Source: Antedon mediterranea (lineage: Eukaryota; Animalia; Echinodermata). From it: a stretch of DNA of 64,000 nt. The notes beneath the pieces were generated by a model. The model was given only the letters and a program-made list of their open reading frames with translations, had not been told where the DNA came from and made no database searches. Positions 41,201 to 52,126 of this stretch are shown here, one piece after another; the first letter of the stretch is position 1, and every line of letters starts with the position of its first letter. Location: assembly GCF_964355755.1 (NCBI RefSeq), contig NC_092680.1:12282945-12346944 (forward strand), read 5' to 3'. The position numbers and the translations under genes are program-made.

Positions 41201-42230
41201 ACAAAACTGATTAATTAGTGTGCATGATGCATATAAGAAGTAATTACTGAAAACTATCATTGTAGTACATTTTTTATAGTATTAGTAGTACTTTATAGTA
41301 TAAAGGGTGTATAAAGTTGTGCCTTTTTCAAGCATGATTTGAGTGATAGTTGTTTTTGGGGTTGGCAATTATTGCGACAAAATTGTAATGTCCTTGACGT
41401 TATTAATGCCTAATTTCCGTGACAGAGATAAACCCTTATATCAATAACATATCATTGGGGTTTTTTTTTATCTAATGTGATATAAAGGGATAATCGCAGA
41501 AACAGCACAGAACTCCGAATTCCTAAAAATGCTCTAAACATTAGTCCCAATCATAGTCGAGCTGACGTGGGTTTGGACTTCCAAATATACACAACCTTGA
41601 ATTACCACTAAATTTCAAAAACGTTGCGCCGGTTCTGAATATTATATCTAATCTGAATGATATAGGCCTAAATGAATAATACTGATACTTGCAGAAACCG
41701 CAAAGAACGTTCAATGTATTGCATTCAAAAGACATGTCACATTCGTGTAATATCTTATATCAATGACACGAACATATTAGGTTGTCAAAAGACAAAAAAA
41801 ACTTGGAATTACTACTTAAAGCCACAAAACTGTTTGATCTTAACATTAACATACTCCCAGATCAGTAAAATTATTCCATCGACTACCTAAGTTTAAGGTT
41901 CAATATTAACCACCATTTGAGTTGCTTTTTTTTAGATGCAATCCTAATTGTTTATATCTACCAAGCTATCTTCATTGTTTTCAGCTTGTGCCTTGATCCT
42001 TTGTTTTTATTTCTTTATTCCAGTCCACTCAGGCAGTGCTTGTTTGCTTCATATTCTCAATTTTGTTCTTTCACTTATAAAGGGCTAGTGGATTTATATT
42101 TAAATGTTTTTTTAATTTTCTGTTTTTTAACTCACATAATGTCTAAAAGATCGCAATAATAATGAAGCTTTTGAAATGGATGTAAAATATTCATATTCTC
42201 AATTTTGTAAAAGCACTTCCACTGATATAG
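38275..42230. repeat. Near-perfect tandem duplication, 1,756-bp period, ~2.25 copies
   Basis: Identical ORF-track entries at 38405/40161/41917, 39310/41066 and 39785/41541; only a handful of mostly homopolymer differences. Confidence 0.97.
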
Positions 42231-43690
42231 GGCTAGTGTTGCCCATATATTATCCTAATTAAATACGATTTAATGTGGCTTTACTTTTATATATTATAAT
42301 AATATTTTATAATTATTCATTTTAACGGCACTTTGATAAAACAATGTTATATATCATACTATTGCACCTTTATTCATGGGGTGACCTACTATAACCTTAC
42401 ACTATTATGGAAGAAAAGAAAAAAAAACAAATAAGAATTGTGAAAGTTAACCCAATGTATCACAGGTGTGACTTGGGTACATAATTGAAAAATTCATTAT
42501 ATAATAATATCATGTGCATGCAAAAACAAAATTGTATTATTAAATGTGCATATCATTTATTTGTCCAATATAATTTTATATATTAGTTTAATTTATTTTT
42601 CTAACGCCTAGTTTGACAGGCCAACTTTGAAATTGAAATAATCTTTTCGTTCGACACAATATTTCAGAGATACGTGAACATTTGATGATGGTCTATCCGA
42701 TATGACTTTGTTTTTTTGTACATAAAAAGTGGACAATTTTGGTTTAGATCAATGAATGCTTAAAATTGTTTTTTTTTTTGTGCTATATTTTTCAAGTTGA
42801 TATCTGGAATACTATCAACGCTTTTATCTTATAATACGCGATATATTCATATTTTTTTACAAGAAAATAAAGTATTGATCACTAGCTTGTTTTTATGTAT
42901 TTAATAACTATTCTAAGTTCATTTTAAATAGGCGTATGTTTATATTTTAATGATTCATGGTAAACAATTATAAACAGCTTCAATATTACACAGTAGGTTA
43001 TTCAAAAGAGACGCACAATTTATACGGACGTGTTTTTAACGACAAAATTGACCAATCAAAATGGAAATAGTCAAAATACAATAATTTTATGTTCATTGGC
43101 TACCCCACCAACAACCTAAACTTCAAATAATAAAACATCTCTGTAATACTGTATTTAAAAAAAAGCATATTTGCAACCGAAATTTCTTATTTTATAAATA
43201 TAATATAAATTTACAATTATACAAAACAATATACAACTGCTTATAAAAAAGGAATTTAATTAAAGAATTTTAATTTAGTTAAAATATCAGGATTTCTTAC
43301 TTCAATTTGATGTTTCCTTTAGAGGCGCTAAACTTTTGAATATATGATTTATTTATTTTTTGGTCATATGTTTTTTATATCATGTTATTATGTTATGTGC
43401 AAATAAAGTATTTACATAGTTGATATATATATATATATATATTATGCAGTGTAGCATAGGTGAAATTACGGGAGGCCAATATGAATTAGTTTGAAATGGT
43501 AAAAATTATTTTACTACAGTATAAGTAGATTAAAATATATAAGTTAATCTATGAAAATGATTATATATTACTGGCAGATTTTATCGATCTCTATCGTGCA
43601 AATAATACTCGTTATCGATATGAAATACGATTTGCACTTGAGTTTTTCTTCCTGCTGATCTGTAGCTTTAGTATAAACAATGTGAACAAT

Positions 43691-43729
43691 GCCCAAACAG
43701 GGAGTTGACTAATAACTCCCTGGCCCAAA
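43691..43729. repeat. 25-bp hairpin mini-element flanked by a 7-bp direct repeat
   Basis: GCCCAAA-CAGGGAGTT-GACTAAT-AACTCCCTG-GCCCAAA. Confidence 0.7.
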
Positions 43730-43810
43730 TAAAAGATCGTAACAGTGTGAAAGTGCGTCACTCATCGCCCAACATTGTTTGTGATCACTTCGTTATCGCA
43801 TTTGATAAAA

Positions 43811-46563
43811 ATGGACTGGAGGTTTTGTGTAGAGGAAGACAACATTGCTTATCTAATAATTAATAACACTAGGGCAATAAAGCATTCTGATGGTGAACAG
43901 TTAGGCAAGGTTATAAAATTTACCAAAACAACTAAAGGCAAAAACTGGCTTAAGGTAAGATTGTTGTGTTCTTCTAAATAATATAATTTTCTTTTAATGT
44001 TTTTAGGGAACCATTCTTCACCAGTCTTATTACTTTATAAAGATGTTTTATTTTCCATTTTGCAGTTTTAAAAAGTGTTTCAAGCCACGCAATTATTAGT
44101 TTTATTAGTATTTTCCCAGGGGCACAATCTTCAGCTGTTTAATAGGCCTATTATATTTGGATTTTATAGGCTTTCTGATTATAATATATATTATGATTTA
44201 TTCGATTATTTATTTCATCTAATTAATTGAAATGTTGTTTCAGGCCTAAAACTAAATTGTAATATATCTTTACTATAGGACCATTGATACTAATTTTGTT
44301 GACCATTTTTTTAACATTAAAGTTTTATATATGATTTAAAAAATGCATTTTCATCAAGAGCACCAACACTGAATATTAGGGTGTAGTGTGTACACTTAAC
44401 AACTATATAAATTTCTATGTTTAGTTATTTATTTAATTAAAAACAAATTTGCAATACTATAGATTGTTACAGAAGAAAGCGACTGTAGTAGTACGCTTGC
44501 TGCAACCAAAGTATTGTGGAGCAAATTCAAACCGGACGAAAATTGCCCATTTTGCAAATGCAAGACAATTGACAACCTTACCAAAACATTGCAAACATTA
44601 CGAAAGCGAAAAGCTCAAGATGCTGAAAACGTAACTACAAAGAGAACAAGAATTAACATAAAGACAATCGACGAAACAATCAAAGAAAAGATCATTGGTT
44701 AGTATATGAAACATTTGTTATTGAAGTTAAATACTGTACCATGCCCCATGGACAAGCATAATTATTATCTGCTTTTGTTTTACTGTAGTTTACAATTAAA
44801 CAAACGTTACTGTTTTATATTTTTTCCAATGTTTTGTTGAATATGTCACATAATAGTTATTCACTTTGATCTTGGATAACAAAAACTGTAATTTTAAACA
44901 TAACTCACAATAACTATAGGCCTAACCATGATTAGATTTAATGTATCTACAATTCGTTACGTTAAATTAGTATAATCTGGCTAGATAAGTAATTATACGT
45001 ACTAGGCCTATTAAAATATAAAGCGGATGAACACATTTTTCGAAGATGAACGAACTAAAGATATTTTGAACACAGGTTTTAACTTCTTATAGTTACTCTA
45101 TTTTCTATTTGTTTTATTGTTATTTAAGTTTCAAACAGTTATTATAAAACGCATAAATATTTTTTTTAAAAGACAACGATAGAGTCATGCAAGTACAGTA
45201 TTGGTACTGCGAAGAACAAGGTATACCCAGTTTGTTATTGTATTTACAAATATAGTTCAGTCATTTTTATTCAATTATAAATATAGGTCAATCATTGATT
45301 GGCAGTCTACTAAAAAATTTACCAATTTGCAATACTAACTGCTTTTTGGTATGAGGTGGATGGTGGGGTAATGGGGTTATTTCTTCTTGTGTCTAATAAA
45401 AGAAAAAAAAAAGAAATGTACCATTGATATTATTATTATTATATTCAAATATACAGGAAAGTTAATGTAAGTATGTAGGCCTACAGTTTAATGATGATTC
45501 ATATTTTTTTTAGACACCATTCGCACGTTATTAGTAAGCCCTCAACACGAACGCATGATGAATGGAATTGGTGGCGTCATTAAGGCTAAGTCACTAGAAC
45601 TGCTAATTAAGCAACTAGTGACAAGGCATAGCAGAGAAGGTCACTTAGTTGTAAATTGCCTAGGATGGAATGGTAAATAATACATTTATACCATAACTCA
45701 TAATAATCATTCATTGATGTTAACCAAAAACATACCGCGTGACAATTGGGCATGTCGCTAAAATCCAATCAAATGGGAAAAATTCTTGTTCTTTGAGTCA
45801 TTACTATTGTCGTTTGTACAAACGACATTAATGAACTAACAAAATAATTTAATATTCAATTGAAATCTATTTTATTGTTATTATAATTACAGTGTTCAAG
45901 GAAATAATTTTGCAACGGCGCAATTGTATAACCTTGCTCGAGAATGATGGGGAATCTGAATTAAGATCCAGATTAGTTCGTTTCAAAGAAGAAATTGAAA
46001 ACAGCATTCAGCTTGAAAATGGAGCCCAATCGGATGGTAAGTTTAAGTTAAATTAACTTTATTGTTTATCTATTGTCATGGATGCTAATACGAAGAACAA
46101 TATACAAGCGATATTGTATACATTCAAGTCGCAATACAATGCTGATGATTTGATGTTTGTAGTGCAATATACTGCTACTTTTTGTTCAGGAATTTTAAAA
46201 CGGCATATTAAGCTGTATTCTCATAACTTGGACGGCATATTATGCTACAGTATCTGTATTGTAAACTTGTATAAACACAGCCCATGCATTTAATTTTTAA
46301 TCAATATTCAAAATACCCATAATCAATTTCTGACCCAATTTGAAACATATAGTAATACAAATTTAAAAAAAAACAAGATTCTCTATTTTAAAATTTTGTT
46401 TACACAGAGCTTCTAAAAAAATGATACAACTATTTAGAGGTCTATTAAATAATAGGGCCTTGGTTTATTCATCATTTCAGATGAGGACGACAGTACAGAT
46501 GAGGAGGTTGAAGATAATGCGGAGATGGCAAATGAGGAGGACGACTACACATTTCCGGGGTGA
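43811..46563 (+). CDS. Spliced gene of unknown function (~270 aa; CPFCKC motif, KRK basic patch, acidic C-tail), candidate transposon accessory protein
   Basis: Phase-compatible GT-AG exons 43811-43954, 44463-44697, 45173-45220, 45514-45672, 45893-46036, 46481-46563 give a stop-free protein MDWRFCVEED...EDDYTFPG*; possible extra exon 45024-45075 with a 1-bp frameshift. Confidence 0.75.
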
Positions 46564-46699
46564 AAATAGCATTCATGATACTGGACACATGCCTTGCAGT
46601 CACATTTTATATAACTTTTCAAATTAATTTATTAAATTTATTCTGTGCCTTGTGATGTTTATATATATACTGTATATACAATTGAGAGACTAGTACTGT

Positions 46700-46875
46700 T
46701 CCGCCGTACTACGACAGTGGTCTAATGGTCATCTGCATATCAAGCAGAATGTTCCGGGTTCGGATCTTGGATTGGGCATTCTCACTGATTTCCTCATCTT
46801 TATCGTTTAAAATTAAATAATTAAATTTCACTGGGCGGTTTAGAATTATTCTGTGCCTGTGAAATGTATATATCT
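46700..46875 (+). mobile_element. tRNA-derived SINE (degenerate)
   Basis: A-box-like TGGTCTAATGG (46718-46728) and B-box-like GGTTCGGATCT (46757-46767) at tRNA spacing, no intact cloverleaf, AT-rich tail. Confidence 0.6.
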
Positions 46876-47134
46876 TTTAAATATTTTCTACTACAATCAC
46901 GTATAAATAGTTAGTAATGCATACAATACTTATTTTACTAGAAGCCGAGTTTAATTCTTTCTAAATTAATAACCAGTGTTAGTGAATAAATAGTTAAAAT
47001 TTATCAGTTCTTTAATTCTTTGATGTAAGGCTGAGAAAAAACATGAGTGTATTCATGTTTTGTCATTAATAAAAAGCTTGTATAGCACACTAAAACTTTG
47101 TCTACTAATTATTTTTACAGAGAAATTCTTGTAT

Positions 47135-47525
47135 TTCTGAAGTCATAAATTTTATGACCTAATGGCAGCTTCACAATCATGTCATAAATATTATGACTTA
47201 TGTGAAAACAGTCAATACCTTGAAGCCCGGAAATCACAGCCTCATGTACTATAACCAGCGTATTCCGAGACATAACATGTAGTTTTAAATTGTCATAAAT
47301 TTTATGACCTAATGACTGCTAAATTAATGTCATAAATATTATGACTTATGTGAAAATAGTCAATACTGTACCAGGAAGCCCCGAAATTAGTGCTTCCTGT
47401 ACTATACACTATAACTAGCGTATTCCGAGACTTAACATGTACCTTTAAATTGTCATAAATGTTATGACCTAATGACTGCTAAATTAATGTCATAAATATT
47501 ATGACTTATGTGAAAATAGTCAATA
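47135..47525. repeat. Right subterminal array: ~2.5 x 150-160-bp units, each with two GTCATAA-N3-TTATGAC palindromes
   Basis: Palindromes start at 47142, 47181, 47292, 47329, 47452, 47489. Confidence 0.95.
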
Positions 47526-48286
47526 GGCAGCTACCATGTCGATCGAATAATACACGCTGTTATCTGCTGTATATAGCCCATCACTTTATAACTTTTTTGT
47601 TGAATCTAATATATTATTACCGAGTATAAGGTGGTTAGGAGCTAATAATACTAAGCTTTAGAGCTGAGTGGAAATGGGCCGCTACTACTAGTAATTACAC
47701 CAAAGTGTTTTGTGTATGATAATCGAAGTGCAGCTAGCTCTGCCAACAAATGCATGGATTAATACATTCATTTATAAAAATAGTTTTTAACACTCAGCTA
47801 GCTTTTATCTCATTATCATAAATGAAAACAAAAAAGAATTGCCTTTTTCAACTACAAATAAAAACATATCATCCAAACTAATAAACAGAAAAAAGAAACA
47901 ATTATTCAATCAATATTATAGTTTATCGTTAAAGTAAGTTGATATATTTATGTTTCATTATACATTGTATTAAACTAGTTAATGTCGATGTATACATTTA
48001 TATAAAACAAGGTTTTGTTTATTAATTTCTCAGCGTTACTAAAATCAAAATATAAAACAAAACAAATTATACGGCAAGTTTATGCAAATAAAAATAATTA
48101 TAAGAGGAAATGTTTGTTATCGCTAAATTGTAGTATTTTGATAATATTGAAATCGATAAAAATCAAAATATGCATATTTTACGATTTTGTATACATTTTA
48201 GCTATGAATGGCCAAAATTAAAGTAAAGGTCGATTTTGTTGAATCTACACAGACGTATAATGTTTGTACTGAAAATAAAACGTGTT

Positions 48287-48290
48287 TTGA
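48287..48290 (+). repeat. Right target-site duplication TTGA
   Basis: Follows the terminal CGTGTT; matches 21972-21975. Confidence 0.9.
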
Positions 48291-48534
48291 GAGATTTCCT
48301 CTCTAATACAAATGTGTTGAGGTCTGTCCTCCAAGTATGATTGACACCATCTTAGTGCACATCCCTGAACACCAATAGAAGCTTGCAACCTCTCAGTCAG
48401 AATACTATGATATACCGTATCAAACGCAGCACTCAAATCAGGTAAAATTAAAGCAGTTACTTTTTCAACATCCATCGCACGAAGTATATCATTGCTAACG
48501 CGCAGGAGTGCAGTTTCAGTACTGTGATGTGATT
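48287..48534 (-). mobile_element. 5' part of the same L2/CR1-group LINE (RT N-half), 5'-truncated against the satellite
   Basis: SHHSTETALLRVSNDILRAMD..LILPDLSAAFDTV..LRWCQSYLEDRPQ..EEISQ continues in frame with QPTTLNY at 21974. Confidence 0.95.
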
Positions 48535-51500
48535 GAGAGAGAGAGATAGATCAGCGAGAGCGAGATAAATTAGCGAGAGAGAGATAGATCAGCGAGAGAG
48601 AGGTAGATCAGCGAGAGAGAGAGATAGATCAGCGAGAAAGAGATAGATCAGCGAGAGAGATAAATAGATCAGCGAGAGAGAGAGAGAGATAGATCAGCGA
48701 GAGAGAGAGAGAGAGAGATAGATCAGCGAGAGAGAGAGAGATATAGATCAGCGAGAGAGAGATAGATCAGCGAGAGGGAGAGATAGATCAGCGAGAGAGA
48801 GATAGATCAGTGAGAGAGAGAGAGAGATCAGCGAGAGAGAGTGATAGATCAGCGAGAGAGAGATAGATCAGCAAGAGAGAGAGAGATAGATCAGCGAGAG
48901 AGAGATAGATCAGCGAGAGAGAAAAAGATCAGCGAGAAAGATATAGATCAGCGACAGAGAGATAGATCAGCGAGAGAGAGATAGATCAGCGAGAGAGATA
49001 TAGATCAGCGAGAGAGATAGATCAGCGAGAGAGAAATAGATCAGCGAGAGAGAGAAAGATCAGCGAGAGAGAGATAGATCAGCTAGAGAGAGATAGATCA
49101 GCGAGAGAGATAGATCAGCGAGAGAGAGAGATAGATCAGCGAGAGAGAGAGAGAGATAGATCAGCAAGAGAGATAGATCAGCGAGAGAGAGATAGATAAG
49201 CGAGAGAGAGATAGATTAGCGAGAGAGAGATAGATCAGCGAGAGAGAGATAGATCAGCGAGAGAGAGAGAGATCAGCGAGAGAGAGATAGATCAGCGAGA
49301 GAGAGAGATAGATCAGCGAGAGAGAGACAGATAGATCAGCGAGAGAGAGTGAGAGAGATAGATCAGCGAGAGAGAGAGAGAGATAGATCAGCGAGAGATA
49401 GAGATGGATCAGCGAGAGAGAGATAGATCAGCGAGAGAGAAAAAGATCATTGAGAGAGAGATAGATCAGCGACAGAGAGATAGATAAGCGAGAAAGAGAT
49501 AGATCAGCGAGAGAGATATAGATCAGCGAGAGAGATAGATCAGCGAGAGAGAGATAGATCAGCGAGAGAGAGAGAGATAGATCAGCGAGAGGGAGAGATA
49601 GATCAGCGAGAAAGAGATAGATCAGCGAGAGAGAGATAGATCAGCGAGAGAGAGATATATCAGCGGGAGAGAGATAGATCAGCGAGAGAGAGAGAGAGAG
49701 ATAGATCAGCGAGAGAGAGAGAGAGAGAGATAGATCAGCGAGAGAGAGAAAGATCAGCGAGAGAGAGATAGGTCAGCGACAGAGAGATAGATCAGCGAGA
49801 GAGAGATAGATCAGCGAGAGAGATATAGATCAGCGAGAGAGAGATAGATCAGCGAGAGAGAGAGATAGATCAGCGAGAGAGAGAAAGATCAGCGAGAGAA
49901 AGATAGATCAGTGAGAGAGAGATAGATCAGCGAGAGAGAGATAGATCAGCGAGAGAGAGATAGATCAGCAAGAGAGAGAGAGATAGATCAGAGAGAGAGA
50001 GATAGATCAGCGAGAGAGAGATAGATCAGCGAGAGAGAGATAGATCAGCGAGATAGAGATAGATCAGCGAGAGAGAGATAGAAAGTTCAGCGAGAGAGAG
50101 AGAGATCAGCGAAAGAGAGATAGATAGATCAGCGAGAGAGAGATAGATCAGCGAGAGAGATAGATCAGCGAGAGAGAGATAGATAGATAGATGAGCGAGA
50201 GAGAGATAGATGAGCGAGAGAGAGATAGATCACCGAGAGAGAGATAGATAAGCGAGAGAGAGATAGATCAGCGAGAGAGAGATAGATAGATAGATCAGCG
50301 AGAGAGAGATAGATAGATCAGCTAGAGAGAGATAGATCAGTAAGAGAGAGATAGATAGATCAGCGAGAGAGAGAGATAGATCAGCGAGAGAGAGATAGAT
50401 CAGCGAGAGAGATAGATAGATCAGCGAGAGAGAGAGATAGATCAGCGAGAGAGAGATAGATGAGCGAGAGAGAGACAGATCAGCGAGAGGGAGAGATAGA
50501 TCAGCGAGAGAGAGATAGATCAGCGAGAGAGATAGATCAGCGAGAGAGAGATAGATCAGCGAGAGAGAGATAGATCAGCGGGAGAGAGATAGATCAGCTA
50601 GAGAGAGAGAGATAGATCAGCGAGATAGAGAAAGATCAGCGAGAGAGAGATAGATCAGCGACAGAGAGATAGAACAGCGAGAGAGAGATAGATCAGCGAG
50701 AGAGATATAGATCAGCGAGAGAGAGATAGATCAGCGAGAGATAGATAGATATGCGAGAGAGATAGATCAGCAAGAGAGAGATAGATCAGCAAGAGAGAGA
50801 TAGATCAGCGAGAGAGAGAGATAGATCAGCGAGAGCGAGATAGATTAGCGAGAGAGAGATAGATCAGCGAGAGAGAGAGATCAGCGAGAGAGAGAGATAG
50901 ATCAGCGAGAAAGAGATAGATCAGCGAGAGAGATTGATAGATCAGCGAGAGAGAGAGAGAGATAGATCAGCGAGAGAGAGAGAGAGATAGATCAGCGAGA
51001 GAGAGAGATAGATCAGCGAGAGGGAGAGATAGATCAGCGAGAGGGAGAGATAGATCAGCGAGAGAGAGATAGATCAGCGAGAGAGATAGATCAGCGAGAG
51101 AGAGATAGATCAGCGAGAGAGAGATAGATCAGCGAGAGAGAGATAGATCAGCGAGAGAGAGATAGATCAGCGAGAGAGAGAGAGATAGATCAGCGAGAGA
51201 GAGTGAGAGAGATAGATCAGCGAGAGAGAGATAGATCAGCGAGAGAGAGAGAGATCAGCGAGAGAGAGAGATAGATCAGCGAGAGAGAGATAGATAGATC
51301 AGCGAGAGAGAGATAGATAGATCAGCGAGAAAGAGATAGATAGATCAGCGAGAGAGAGATAGATCAGCGAAAGAAAGATAGATAGATCAGCGAGAGAGAG
51401 ATAGATCAGCGAGAGAGATAGATTAGCGAGAGAGAGAGATAGATAGATGAGCGAGAGAGAGATAGATCAACGAGAGAGAGATAGATCAGCGAGAGAGAGA

Positions 51501-51661
51501 TAGATAGATCAGCGAGAGAGAGATAGATAGATCAGCGAGAGAGAGATAGATAGATCAGCGAGAGAGAGATAGATAGATCAGCGAGAGAGAGAGATAGATA
51601 GATCAGCGAGAGAGAGATAGATGAGCGAGAGAGAGATAGATCAGCGAGAGAGATAGATAGA

Positions 51662-51698
<37 letters not shown>

Positions 51699-52088
51699 TA
51701 AGCGGGAGAGAGAGATAGATCAGCGAGAGAGAGATAGATCAGCGAGAGGGAGAGATAGATCAGCGAGAGAGAGATAGATCAGCGAGAGAGAGATAGATCA
51801 GCGAGAGAGAAATAGATCAGCGAGAGAGAGATAGATCAGCGAGAGGGAGAGATAGATCAGCGAGAGAGAGATAGATCAGCGAGAGAGAGAGAGATAGATC
51901 AGCGAGATAGAGAAAGATCAGCGAGAGAGAGATAAATCAGCGAGAGAGAGATAAATCAGCGAGAGAGAGATAGATCAGCGAGAGAGAGATAGATCAGCGA
52001 GAGAGAAATAGATGAGCGAGAGAGAGATAGATCAGCGAGAGAGAGATAGATAGATCAGCGAGAGAGAGAGAGAGATAGATCAGCGAGA

Positions 52089-52126
<38 letters not shown>

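Larger units (their letters stand above)
21976..48286. mobile_element. 26.3-kb Sola1/DUF7869-like DNA transposon with transposase, second gene and subterminal palindrome arrays
   Basis: Inserted within a LINE codon; 4-bp TSD; termini 5'-AACACGATTT / AAAACGTGTT-3' (9 of 10 inverted match); internal DDD-type transposase gene; same palindrome arrayed near both ends. Confidence 0.88.

Noticed and set aside
38405-42159. Repeated 64-80-aa ORFs as a gene cluster
   Set aside because: Short, compositionally biased frames with no motifs; they repeat only because the DNA is tandemly duplicated.
46700-46780. Functional tRNA gene
   Set aside because: A and B boxes are present but I cannot fold a proper acceptor or T stem; better explained as a SINE head.
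21976-48286. Polinton/Maverick, Helitron or endogenous virus as the identity of the large insertion
   Set aside because: No DNA polymerase B, integrase, capsid or Rep/helicase motifs seen; the TSD is 4 bp (not 6 bp or absent) and there are no long TIRs.
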